DNA from: Candidatus Binatia bacterium
GTDB taxonomy: Bacteria; Desulfobacterota; Binatia; Bin18
DNA: 64,000 nucleotides
Direction: 5' to 3'
Assembly: GCA_963666315.2 (NCBI GenBank)
Contig: CAXXHG010000014.1
Coordinates: forward strand, 32,001-96,000
The notes under the pieces are model-generated. The model saw only the letters and a list, made by a program, of their open reading frames with translations, searched no databases and was not told the DNA's origin. Below are positions 10,667 through 20,654 of this stretch, in pieces. The stretch's first letter is position 1. Each line of letters opens with the position of its first letter. The translations under genes and the position numbers were made by a program.

Positions 10667-10698
10667 AAGCCGTTTGGAATTTCCAGGCGGCTTTTTTT
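10667..10698 (+). terminator. Rho-independent terminator
   Basis: AAGCCGTTTGGAA/TTCCAGGCGGCTT stem plus T-tract, 24 nt after the stop. Confidence 0.8.
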
Positions 10699-10810
10699 CG
10701 TTCCAGCCGGATTCAGTAGGGAAAATTTTTCCCCCGATTGGATTATATTTCCCCTATTTTCGTCCGATGACAATAACAGTGGTCGGGTAGTGTCACAGGA
10801 GGCAAAAAAG

Positions 10811-11021
10811 ATGGGGGTGGACAACGTGGAAGGACGGAAAGCTTATCGTGAATCTCAGTGGCAATGTTCATCCGGCCCTCGTCACCCAAGCCATGCTCCT
10901 CGCTCTGATTGCACTGGATTTTGGCGAACGTAATCCCCTCCCCATCTCAGACCCGGAGAAATGGGAACCCCTCACTGCTGCCACCTTGTGGGAAAAGCAG
11001 TGGTGCGTGTCGGGGAATTGA
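10811..11021 (+). CDS. Putative 69-aa small protein hidden by a +1 G in a G5 run
   Basis: AGGAGG 8 nt before ATG 10811; removing one G gives MGWTTWKDGKLIVNLSG...WEKQWCVSGN-stop. Confidence 0.45.
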
Positions 11022-11042
11022 AGACTCTTAGCCCTCAGCCCT

Positions 11043-11127
11043 GTAGTGTCGGGTTACGCTACGCTGACCCGCCCTTTGTCAGCGGGTCACGACCCGCTGA
11101 CAAAGGGGTGGACCTTTGGTCCACCCC
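11043..11127. repeat. Cluster of REP-like hairpins
   Basis: GTAGTGTCGGGTTACGCTACGCTGACCCG, then a perfect 17-bp IR at 11072-11107 and a 10-bp IR at 11105-11127. Confidence 0.7.
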
Positions 11128-11168
11128 GCCAATGCTGGCGACTCGAAGAAAGCCAAGCCTGCACCCCA

Positions 11169-12766
11169 TCAGGTCCGTTTCAGCGTCAACACACTGCCCT
11201 CACCATCGGCAGTAATATAGACGGTTCCATCACTGCCAACGGCAAGACCGGAAAATGACGTAAGCGGACCTTGGATCAGGCCAGCAATGCCCATCAGCGG
11301 CTGCGGCGTAACGCCGGGTTGAGGCACCGACCGGCAAGTTCGACGACTAGCGTTTGACGTTGTTTTGTTCCAAGCGAAACAGCTATGAGCTCTTTGCTGC
11401 CTGAGTCCACAATCAGCAGTTGATCGCCGAGCAAGGCCAGCCCTTGCGGCGACGATAATCCTTCAATCAAAGTTGAGGTTCCACGCATCCACATGTGAGA
11501 CTCGGCCTTTGTCCGGTTCGCTGACATAATACGATCCGTCGCCAGCCACGACAACGCCATTCGGTCGACCAAGACCGCGAGCTAAGACCGTCACATCGCC
11601 ATTTCCTGAGATCTTGAGGAGCCGCCCTTCTCCGCCCTCGGCCACAACAACGGCGCCATCTGACGTTTGCGCAAGACCGTACAGTTCGTTGAGTTCGTTT
11701 ACCAAAATCTGCGGTTCACGTGTGTTGAAGTTATACAACACAACCTCGCCGGCCGAGGTGGTCACGTATACACTAGCCGCCGGACCAGAGGCGATACCGC
11801 GTATGAATCCAGGGTAGCCTTCCTGAGTGAACATCGTCGGTCGACTCACCTGACCGTCCGGACTGACAGCCACCAGGCTCATACCATCAGCAGCGTACAC
11901 CGTTCCGTCACTCGTAACAGTGATTCCAAATGGTCCCAAAAGACCAGCCGGCACGAGGACTCGCTCCTGCCCATTCGCCAATATTTCAGCCACGCCACCG
12001 TCTACAAAATGAGAAATAAACAGCCGATTGTCATCCGCTATGGCCAGATTATCGATGCCCGGTCGCACGTTTGCGATAATCGTCTTTTCACCGCTCTGGA
12101 TATCGATCTTGGTCACTTCGCCACTTGCGGCTTGGGTCGTAGTGAGGAGTCCATTTTGATCGAACTTGACCGCAGTCGGCACCGCCAGCCCGTCCATAAA
12201 ACGCTCGGGTGCCCCGCCTTCGAGCGGACAACGCCAAATCTCACCCGCTCCTATCTGAGGAAAGTAGAGATTTCCGTCAGGACCAACGGATAGCGCGTTG
12301 GGCAGCGGCAGGTTCTCGGCTATAACACGCGGCTCTCGACCGTCTGGATACAACTCAAACAGCCGTCCACTCAGGACGACATTCGTCCATAAACAGCCGG
12401 TCCTGGTAGGCGGTAATGCCGTTGGCAGCGGGAACATTGTCTGCGATTACCCGTACTTCGCCCTTCGGCGTGCGCGCGCTAACCCGAGCACTCATCACCT
12501 CAGTGACATACATGACGTCGTGTGAATCAAAGGCGATGTCATCCGGTGCGACAATGGGACCACCAACCGGCGAGACCGTTTGACATGCACCACTCCCGAT
12601 ATCAACCGCACTCACCTGACTGCCAAAGGCTTGGACGACATACAATTTTCCATCCGATCCCATGCGCATGCCGTTCGCCCCAAATAGGCCAGCTCGGCGA
12701 AGACAAGTGAGCAAGCTGCCACCCCGCCGCCGCTTGTGGTTGCGTATTTTCTGCGTACCGATTCAT
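11169..12766 (-). CDS. SMP-30/gluconolactonase-like beta-propeller protein (at least four frameshifts)
   Basis: GANGMRMG, PDDIAFD, ANGIT, PNALSVGPDG and PFGITV blades across ORFs 12355-12714, 11463-12437 and 11294-11572; ends ADGEGSVLTLKRT-stop. Confidence 0.78.
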
Positions 12767-12802
12767 ATGCTCTCTCCTTTAGTCGTGTTCGCTCGATATC
12801 TC

Positions 12803-12974
12803 CTACCCTTTTGAATACGGGTTTTTACCTCTCCCGCCAAGCCTGAGGGGCTTCATGGCTATCTTCTGTCTGGCCAACTCACATGAATCGATATGTATCT
12901 GTCTGAACAGCTTCTTTAAGCGAAGCGATATCGAGCCCTTTATTAAGCGACTCTTTCGCCATGCGCACGGCAAA
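12803..12974 (-). pseudogene. C-terminal remnant of an enoyl-CoA hydratase
   Basis: FAVRMAKESLNKGLDIASLKEAVQTDTYRFM*VGQTEDSHEAPQAWRER*KPVFK: crotonase C-terminal pattern with two stops. Confidence 0.65.
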
Positions 12975-12984
12975 TCTGAAAGTG

Positions 12985-13015
12985 AAAGGCGAGAGCTATT
13001 CTCTCGCCTTTTTTT
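12985..13015 (+). terminator. Rho-independent terminator-like hairpin
   Basis: AAAGGCGAGAG-CTATT-CTCTCGCCTTT plus T-tract. Confidence 0.65.
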
Positions 13016-13281
13016 CACGCTTCAAGTGCGGGAGTGAAGATTGGAGGAATTTTTCTGGATGACAGACTGGAATACTTAGGTACCTTCAAGTCGCTTCAAC
13101 TCGTCGGCAACAGTCTCGCGAAGCGGTTCCAATTCATGCTGACTCGTAGACCACACGAGTGCATCATCACCCTGTCCGCCCGCAGAAAGACGGGCGCAGC
13201 ATGTAGCACCCTTATGCAAGTGTCGTGTCCAGAGACCCGAGAGAGAAACGAGAAGTACTACTCTTCTCTCTGAGTTTCAGA

Positions 13282-14342
13282 TCAGGCGTAATGGCTGCGC
13301 CGCTTGACGGCCATCTCACGCTCTAAGTAGAAGATCTCCATCTTGTCCCAATCGTAACATCTTTGGGGATGAATTTGTGGCCACGCAGGATGGTCTCGAC
13401 AATGCCCAGATCGGGCCGATTGGGATAGTCGCGCTTGCCCGTTATTTCAGTCGCCGCAAAAACCGTATCTCCCACAAAAACAGGACCGGTGTGGCGACCG
13501 ATTAGGTAGCACACATCGCCGACCGCATTATCTCCTACATCCGGACACGACAAGCCCAGGCACAGGTTCAACGGGATGCCGCCGTAGACAATGAGTTGAC
13601 CGCCGATATAGCGCGTGGGGTTCCGGTCTATCATGTATTGGTTGGAATGGACTTGGGAGGTGTTGTCCAGCATGGCGGTCCATTCCATATGCGCAGTCGT
13701 GACTGTTCGTCCGCGTGAATGTTCAATCGTCTCCCCAACGTTGAAGTCTTCAAAATAGGTGTCGTCATTTGCCAGATGGGCAAGTTCTTTGTAGTGTCGG
13801 CTCTCGTCATACGCCGGTAGAGCTAATGCGCACGGAATGGTCTGGACATCCGAGAGCGCCACTTCTTCGACCTGGGCTGCATTATTACCCTTCCAGATTT
13901 GTACTTTCCTTTGCAATGTCAGGACGATTTCACCATTCTGGTTGCGTCCTGTGGTCTGGACATGGACTACGCCCCGATCCTGGTCTCGTGAGGAAGGCTT
14001 AACGCCGAGGATCGTTGTTTCAACCTCAATCGTATCGCCTATATAAACAGGAGCGCCAAAACGCATATCGCGGTATTCGAGATTCGCCCGCGCATTTTCT
14101 GAAATGTCCTCAACACTCTGGCTGAAGACGATATTCATAACTAAGCCTGGAGGGGCGACAAGACCACGGAAGCCATAGCGTTCGGCGTAGCGCAGGTTTT
14201 TCGACAACGGGTTGGTCGTCATGCCGAACTCGGTAAAGGCGTTGAACAACCCTTCGGTGACGGTCTTGCCGACCTTATGCCGGAAGAGCTGGCCGAGAGT
14301 AAAGTCTTCGAGAAAATTGCCGCGTTTTTTCCGGATGCGCAC
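13282..14342 (-). CDS. Double MaoC (hot-dog) dehydratase, mesaconyl-CoA hydratase-like (frameshift ~13355)
   Basis: Two MaoC repeats (GNFLEDF..., TYFEDFNVGETIEH...). Probable true C-terminus DKMEIFYLEREMAVKRRSHYA-stop is in another frame. Confidence 0.8.
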
Positions 14343-14380
14343 TGGAATTCCTTCTCCCCCGCCCGCCTCGACTATTCCCG

Positions 14381-15064
14381 CTATCCCATAGCGGCTAAGA
14401 ATTCTTGCCGACTCTTCGTACTGAGATGGAGATACATATTGTGCTGTTTCTGTTCGCCGAGTGTGTCAAAAGGCTGAGATGCATAGTTATGGCCAGGGTA
14501 TAAAACCGTTTCGTCAGCCAGTTTGGATAAGGTCCGCAAGCTGGAGTACAGGTCTTCCGGGCTGCTGCCAGGCAGATCCACTCGTCCACACGAGTTGATA
14601 AACAGCGTATCGCCGGCCACTAGACGGTTTTCTATTAAAAAGCATTGCGAGCCTGGTGTATGTCCTGGAGTGTGAATGAACTTGACGTTGATATCACCCA
14701 CAGCTGTCGTGTCACCGCCCTCGACCTTGACCACATCCGAAACAGATAGGCCAACTAAACGGGTCAGAAACTCAGACTCTGCCTTGTGGATGTATACCTT
14801 GGCCTTCACCTGCTCTAGCAGTTCAACAACGCCTTGGATGTGGGTACCAAACAAGTCCCCGCCAAGATGATCCTGATGGTAGTGGGTCACCAGAGCCTGC
14901 GTAATAGTGTATCCGTCTTGTTCAGCGGTTAGGAGAATCTTGGGGATATCCCAGGCAGCATCAATCACGATGGCCTCGTGGGTGGCAGTATCCCCAATCA
15001 GATAAGCGAAGTTCTGCATGGGCCCAATTTCAATCTGCTTGAAATACAACGAGGACTCTGCCAT
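14381..15064 (-). CDS. MBL-fold metallo-hydrolase (glyoxalase II-like)
   Basis: THYHQDH, TPGHTPG, GDTLF and YPGH. Confidence 0.92.
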   Translation of the reverse strand: MAESSLYFKQIEIGPMQNFAYLIGDTATHEAIVIDAAWDIPKILLTAEQDGYTITQALVTHYHQDHLGGDLFGTHIQGVVELLEQVKAKVYIHKAESEFLTRLVGLSVSDVVKVEGGDTTAVGDINVKFIHTPGHTPGSQCFLIENRLVAGDTLFINSCGRVDLPGSSPEDLYSSLRTLSKLADETVLYPGHNYASQPFDTLGEQKQHNMYLHLSTKSRQEFLAAMG

Positions 15065-15732
15065 CACGCACCTTTCTTTCGTACTGAGCGTTTTTTTGCA
15101 GCCTCTTTTCCCTTACTCGGCTTGCTGGCCTTTTTCCTACTTCCTCGTAGTCCACGCTCCCAGAGATATTCAGGCTCGCCCAGTTTTTTGCTTACCCAAC
15201 GCGACAACACAAACAGCAAGTCGCTTAGCCGGTTAACATATTTGAGTGGCCAGGGACCCACCTCTTCTTCACGCGAGAGGCGTAGAATATCTCGCTCTAC
15301 CCGGCGACAGACCGTTCGCGCTTGGTGCAGAAACCCGCCAACTTTTCCGCCACCGGGCAGGATAAAAGAGTTCAGTGGCTCAAGGTCTTCCTGGCAGGTA
15401 TCAATGATCCGTTCGAGAGCCTTCACCTCAGGATCGCCAATCCGAAACATGCCTTCGTATGAGAAGTCCGGTGGGGTGGCGAGCTCACTGCCGAGATCGA
15501 ACAGTTCATTCTGAAGACGGCGGAAAATATCGTCGAGCTGCTTCGAGGCTGGCAGCTTGCCTTTCAGATCGTCATTAAAGACGCGGGCCAGACCCAGGAC
15601 GGAATTCAGCTCGTCTATGGTCCCGTAGGCCTCAATACGGGCCGCGTCCTTGGCGACTTTCTTACCACCGACAAGCCTGGTCGAGCCTGTGTCGCCCGTA
15701 CGGGTATAGACTTTTGTAATGCGGATGGCCAT
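15064..15732 (-). CDS. pduO: ATP:cob(I)alamin adenosyltransferase, PduO type
   Basis: KVYTRTGDTGST, AYGTIDELNS, FILPGG, RTVCRRVER and NRLSDLLF. Confidence 0.93.
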   Translation of the reverse strand: MAIRITKVYTRTGDTGSTRLVGGKKVAKDAARIEAYGTIDELNSVLGLARVFNDDLKGKLPASKQLDDIFRRLQNELFDLGSELATPPDFSYEGMFRIGDPEVKALERIIDTCQEDLEPLNSFILPGGGKVGGFLHQARTVCRRVERDILRLSREEEVGPWPLKYVNRLSDLLFVLSRWVSKKLGEPEYLWERGLRGSRKKASKPSKGKEAAKKRSVRKKGA

Positions 15733-15809
15733 GGCAACTTAGGATCTGGGGATTAGGGGTTAGAGAAAAATATTCTGCGACACCCCAACCCCCATCACCG
15801 AGTCCCTTT

Positions 15810-17555
15810 TTAGGCTTTCAATCGTTTATCCAGGGCCGCGTTTTCTTGCCACAGTTCTTGTGGCAGTCGGTCCCCAAACTGCTCGAAGAACTCCCGCTGG
15901 CCGGCCGCCGCCTTGAGCCAGCCCTCGCGATCTACGCTGAGGAGTTCATGCATCACCGCAGGCGACACATCGATGCCGGTGGTATCAATATCTTTCGGAT
16001 ACGGCAGATAGCCGATTTCCGATTCCCGGGCGTCAGTCTCGCCATGGACCCGAGAAATCACCCAGCGCAATGCGCGCAGGTTTTCCCCAAAGCCGGGCCA
16101 GAGGTATTTACCGTCGGCATTCAGGCGGAACCAATTGACACGAAAGATTTTCGGTGGGTTCGCGATATTTTTGCCCATATTGAGCCAATGGCCAAAATAG
16201 TCGCCCATGTTGTAGCCACAGAACGGCAACATGGCCATAGGGTCGCGACGGACAATGCCGACTTGCCCAGTCGCTGCAGCCGTCGTTTCAGACGCCATAG
16301 TCGTACCAAGCGAGACGCCGTGCTGCCAGTTGAAAGACTGGTACACGAGGGGAATCAAACCAGCACGGCGTCCACCAAAGAGCATGGCCGAAATCGGCAC
16401 GCCTTGGGGGGAGTCCCATTCCGGCGACATGGCCGGACACTGCCGGGCCGGCGTGGTAAAACGCGAGTTGGGATGAGCCGCTTTCCCTTCGGACTGTGGC
16501 GTCCAAGGCTTGCCCTGCCAGTCTATGGCCTCAGCCGGAGGGTCGCCGTCCATGCCTTCCCAATACGGTATCCCCTCTGGAGTCAGGGCCACATTCGTAA
16601 AAATTGAATTCTTCGAGATAGTCGACATGACATTCGGGTTAGTATGGGAGTTGGTCCCTGGAGCGACCCCAAAAAAGCCCGCTTCCGGATTGATTGCCCA
16701 GAGCCGTCCGTCCGGACCGGGGTGCATCCAAGCAATATCATCTCCCACTGTCCAGACTTTATAGCCCTTTTGACTCTCCGGCGGGATCAGCATGGCCAGG
16801 TTCGTTTTACCACAGGCGCTAGGAAATGCCGCGGCAATATAGGTCGTGCGGCCGCTGGGCTCTTCGACTCCGATGATGAGCATGTGCTCGGCCAACCAGC
16901 CTTCCTCACGGGCCATATAGCTGCCAATCCGCAGGGCAAAACATTTTTTCCCGAGCAGGGCATTGCCACCGTAACCGGAGCCAATAGACCAGATCGCGCG
17001 CTCTTCAGGATAATGCATGATAAAGCGGCGGTCCGGACTGAGATCTCCGAGCGAATGAAGACCCTTTACATACTTGTCAGACGAACCAAGTCGATCGAGC
17101 GCGGCCTGGCCCATGCGGGTCATGATCCGCATGCTGGCCGCCACATACGCACTATCCGTAATTTCCACCCCGACCTGGCTATACGGGGAAGTCTCCGGTC
17201 CCATGATATAGGGCACCACATACAAGGTGCGGTCCTGCATTGAGCCTTTGAAGAGCCCGCCGACTTTTTCCTTGGCCCCGGCCGGGAGCATCCAATTATT
17301 ATTCGGGCCGGCATCATCTTTTTCCTTGGTGCACACGAAGGTGAGGTGCTCTGTGCGAGCGACGTCTTTCGGATCGCTTCGGTGCAGATAACAATTCGGG
17401 TATTTCTCCTGATTCAGGGCCAGCAGCGTCCCGTCGTCGAGCATGCCTTCTATCAGGCCTTGATTCTCGGATTCCGATCCGTCACACCAATGAATATCCT
17501 TCGGCTTCGTCAGTCGGGCGGTTTCTTCTACCCATTGTTCGAGTGGGGTGGGCAT
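15810..17555 (-). CDS. pckG: Phosphoenolpyruvate carboxykinase (GTP)
   Basis: GSGYGGNALLGKKC, FPSACGKTN, GDDIAW and INPEAGFFGVAPG. Confidence 0.97.
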   Translation of the reverse strand: MPTPLEQWVEETARLTKPKDIHWCDGSESENQGLIEGMLDDGTLLALNQEKYPNCYLHRSDPKDVARTEHLTFVCTKEKDDAGPNNNWMLPAGAKEKVGGLFKGSMQDRTLYVVPYIMGPETSPYSQVGVEITDSAYVAASMRIMTRMGQAALDRLGSSDKYVKGLHSLGDLSPDRRFIMHYPEERAIWSIGSGYGGNALLGKKCFALRIGSYMAREEGWLAEHMLIIGVEEPSGRTTYIAAAFPSACGKTNLAMLIPPESQKGYKVWTVGDDIAWMHPGPDGRLWAINPEAGFFGVAPGTNSHTNPNVMSTISKNSIFTNVALTPEGIPYWEGMDGDPPAEAIDWQGKPWTPQSEGKAAHPNSRFTTPARQCPAMSPEWDSPQGVPISAMLFGGRRAGLIPLVYQSFNWQHGVSLGTTMASETTAAATGQVGIVRRDPMAMLPFCGYNMGDYFGHWLNMGKNIANPPKIFRVNWFRLNADGKYLWPGFGENLRALRWVISRVHGETDARESEIGYLPYPKDIDTTGIDVSPAVMHELLSVDREGWLKAAAGQREFFEQFGDRLPQELWQENAALDKRLKA

Positions 17556-17790
17556 AGAAATAATGATCTCCTTCGAATAGCAGTGGGCTTTAATACTGAG
17601 GACAGCATATGATTAGCTTTCTTCATACCTTGCGTCTGGTTGAACGTCAAGAATGTTTTCCGTTTATAAGACATAGGGGCTATGGGGAAGGGTCAGGAAG
17701 TAGCCTTTGGAGCACAGTCGGGTCTGGAGAGATGCCACACAGCTTTATCGTAGACACCCGCAGTCTGACTTTCTCACTTGCGCGCAGTCC

Positions 17791-19257
17791 CTATGATTTA
17801 CACAGTTTAAGGATCGTTTCCTTGAGACGGTCGGGATCAACGGGTTTCTTAAACAGGACATTCTCCAGTCCTTCCAGGCGACTGCGTTTGATCACGTGGT
17901 CTTTGTCATAAAAATATGCGGTCATGAGTACAAACGGGAGATCCGGATAGCGTTCTTTGGCCTCCATGTAGAGATCGTACCCATCCAGATCGGGCATCAC
18001 CACATCACTCAGCACCATATGAAAGGGTTCCGGACCAGGAATCTTCTGATCAAGAATCTTGAGCGCCTCAATACCATTGGTCGCTACTTCGACCGCACAT
18101 CCTTCTTCCGTCAACAAATCGCGCAGCGAATAACACACGCCGAGGTCGTCATCGACCACCAAGAGGCGCAGTCCGGACAGCGCTTGTGTTGCCGGCCGCA
18201 CCCTCAGGGGATGGGGGGCTACCACCTCGTCACGACCCAAGTCGGCCATGCGAGAGCCACGCAGATACTCGGTCGTGTCATACCGTTCTCCGTGGGCCAT
18301 TTCATCAACACGAGAGACCATTGCTCGAATCTTGGCCAGTTCACGTTGGATCGACTCCACCCGCTCTTCCTGAACGATATATTCCTCGTCCGAAAGACCC
18401 TGCGCCATGTGTTTCGCTAAGATATCCAGATTATTAAAAATGACTTCGAGCGGGTTATTCACACGATGGGCCAAGCCAACGGCCAATTCCCCCAGGGTTG
18501 CCAACTGATCGCGACGACGAATGTCTCGCAAGTCTTTTAAAAAACCAATCGACCCACTCTCTTGCCCCCTCTCATCATAAATAATGGAGGCAGAAATCGC
18601 TGCCGGGATACGCTCTCCGCTTTTGGCAACGAGCGTAGTCTCGAAATTCTTGATCTTGCCCTGCTCCCCAATCTCCTCGCTACGCATCGCCTCCATCACC
18701 CGCCGCGCTTCTTCCATGCCCGGATAGACGGAAGCCCAGACCGGCTTGCCGTGGATCTCTTGTGAGGTATAGCCAAGAGTCTTATGTGCCCCATCATTGT
18801 AAAAAATAACTTGGCCCTTGTGGTCGAGCGCAATAACGATGTCGAGCGAACTTTCAAGCAACCGCTCAAAATACCCCGGCGGCAAACGGATCTCACGCAG
18901 ATCTCGGAAAAAGCCGATCGAGCCGATTTCTGCCCCGTTTTCGTCGTAGATAATGGACCCGGAAAAGGAGACCGGAATCTGATCTCCGTTTTTTGCGACG
19001 AGCGTCGTCTCAAAATTCTTGACTTTTCCCTTCTCCCCGACCTCTTCGCTCCGCATCACCTTCATCATCCGCCGGGCCTCTTCGATGCTCGGGTAGATAA
19101 TGCCCCGTTTCCCTCGGACCTCCTCTCGGGTGTAGCCCAAGGTCTTGCGCGCCCCGTCATTGTAAAAGATGATTTGTCCTCGATGATCGACGGCAATCAC
19201 AATGTCAAGGGAATTTTCGAGCAGACGCTCAAAATAGATGGAAGGAAGTTGGAACAT
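17791..19257 (-). CDS. PAS-PAS-HisKA-receiver signalling protein without HATPase domain
   Basis: Two similar PAS/PAC repeats, AHRVNNPL H-box, then REC (VVDDD, SDVVMP, MTAY, KP). Confidence 0.85.
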   Translation of the reverse strand: MFQLPSIYFERLLENSLDIVIAVDHRGQIIFYNDGARKTLGYTREEVRGKRGIIYPSIEEARRMMKVMRSEEVGEKGKVKNFETTLVAKNGDQIPVSFSGSIIYDENGAEIGSIGFFRDLREIRLPPGYFERLLESSLDIVIALDHKGQVIFYNDGAHKTLGYTSQEIHGKPVWASVYPGMEEARRVMEAMRSEEIGEQGKIKNFETTLVAKSGERIPAAISASIIYDERGQESGSIGFLKDLRDIRRRDQLATLGELAVGLAHRVNNPLEVIFNNLDILAKHMAQGLSDEEYIVQEERVESIQRELAKIRAMVSRVDEMAHGERYDTTEYLRGSRMADLGRDEVVAPHPLRVRPATQALSGLRLLVVDDDLGVCYSLRDLLTEEGCAVEVATNGIEALKILDQKIPGPEPFHMVLSDVVMPDLDGYDLYMEAKERYPDLPFVLMTAYFYDKDHVIKRSRLEGLENVLFKKPVDPDRLKETILKLCKS

Positions 19258-19339
19258 GGAAGATCACCTACTTGTTCACCCCTCCTCGAAAGGCTCCCTC
19301 TCGGTGGGGAACCGTGACCATAAACGCTCTTCCTTTATC

Positions 19340-19819
19340 ATGGTAGGCTCCCGGTTTCGTGATCGTCAAGCCCGGCCCCGCCGGCGGAAACGCACGGGGC
19401 AAAGAGTTGCGCTCTGCAGCCTTGTTCTCCTGTGTAGTCTGGGAGGATGTTATTGGATCAAGTATGAGAAACTCATGCACACGCATGTCGAACTGCTGCT
19501 CGCCATGACAGACAAGATGGGCCGCTTAGTAGAGGACACCGAAACGATGACTCCGACAATGATGACCGAGTTTCTCTACCCACTTGAGCGTGCCCGAGAC
19601 TTTGTTCGTATCGTCGCCCAACGCTACCCAGATCGCCAGTCCCTCGCCATCTTTAGCCAGTTCCTCGATATCTATGAGAGCATCGTCAACGAAACTGATC
19701 GGCTGCGCATTATCTCGGGAGACCTGAGTACTTTTCGAACCCACGTCCAAATCCTGCAACAGTTCGCTCCACGCATTGAGGTAGCTCTGAGAGAAGAACA
19801 ACACGAACGAGGTGTTTGA
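19340..19819 (+). CDS. Hypothetical lipoprotein
   Basis: Basic N-region, hydrophobic stretch and LGGC lipobox. Start uncertain. Confidence 0.6.
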   Translation: MVGSRFRDRQARPRRRKRTGQRVALCSLVLLCSLGGCYWIKYEKLMHTHVELLLAMTDKMGRLVEDTETMTPTMMTEFLYPLERARDFVRIVAQRYPDRQSLAIFSQFLDIYESIVNETDRLRIISGDLSTFRTHVQILQQFAPRIEVALREEQHERGV

Positions 19820-19856
19820 CCACAATCCCAAGCGTAGGAGGTTTGACACCAGCTTC

Positions 19857-20360
19857 TTAGCCGTTTGGCCGCAAGAGAACGACCCGTTTGTCATCTTTCA
19901 CAGCGGCAAGTAATTGAGAGATAGTTGATCCAAGGTGAGGGTGAGTAAGCTGGGGGGCAAGTTCGGACAGAGGCAAAAGGACAAAGCGGCGTTGATGCAT
20001 TTCAGGATGGGGAATCTTGAGCTTTTCGTCGTCTACAACATAATTGTCAAAAAGTAAGATATCGAGGTCGATCTTGCGGGAGGCCAATTTTTTTGTTTGG
20101 GCAGTTTTCTTGCGCCCCATCGTTTGCTCAATCCGCTGCAGCCGGCTCAGTAGCTTGTGTGGATCAAAATCCGTCTCAAGCTCGACCGCCCCATTGAGAT
20201 ACCAGTTCTTGACATCCCCGATGGGTTCACTTTCGTACAAAGAGGAGCACTTCGCGATATGCGTATTAGGCAAGTCCTCCATCAGATCTAACGCCTTCTG
20301 ATAATGCTCTCGGCGCTTGCCCAGATTAGACCCAATACCAATAAAAACTCGACTGAACAT
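19857..20360 (-). CDS. folK: 2-amino-4-hydroxy-6-hydroxymethyldihydropteridine diphosphokinase
   Basis: IGIGSNLG, RKIDLDIL and IPHPEMHQRRFVL. Confidence 0.95.
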   Translation of the reverse strand: MFSRVFIGIGSNLGKRREHYQKALDLMEDLPNTHIAKCSSLYESEPIGDVKNWYLNGAVELETDFDPHKLLSRLQRIEQTMGRKKTAQTKKLASRKIDLDILLFDNYVVDDEKLKIPHPEMHQRRFVLLPLSELAPQLTHPHLGSTISQLLAAVKDDKRVVLLRPNG

Positions 20361-20654
20361 CTACCATTTTCCCCCGAGCCGGTGATGGCGGACTCGCACC
20401 CCAGACTGCACTATTGCACGAACAAAAAGGTTTCCAACGCTTCCCATGGTGCTGACTCGCAAGCGATTGTATCTATTGTTCTTTTTTTGGGCGGAGAGGG
20501 AGCGGAGGGTCTTCGTGAAACGAGCGGGAGGGATGAGGAGTATGAACATCAGTTCCTGTCAGCACGTGTATACTAGCCGGTTTATTCATTTTTGACAAAT
20601 TCTGTCTCTACTGCCGCATGCTGCTCCTTATGATGATCCTTCTCTTGGGGCCTG

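Noticed and set aside
15846-17243. Long antisense ORFs over pckG and other genes
   Set aside because: Shadow ORFs of well-supported genes in GC-rich DNA; no motifs.
20361-20549. 62-aa ORF or ncRNA upstream of folK
   Set aside because: No motif, clear RBS or recognisable RNA structure.
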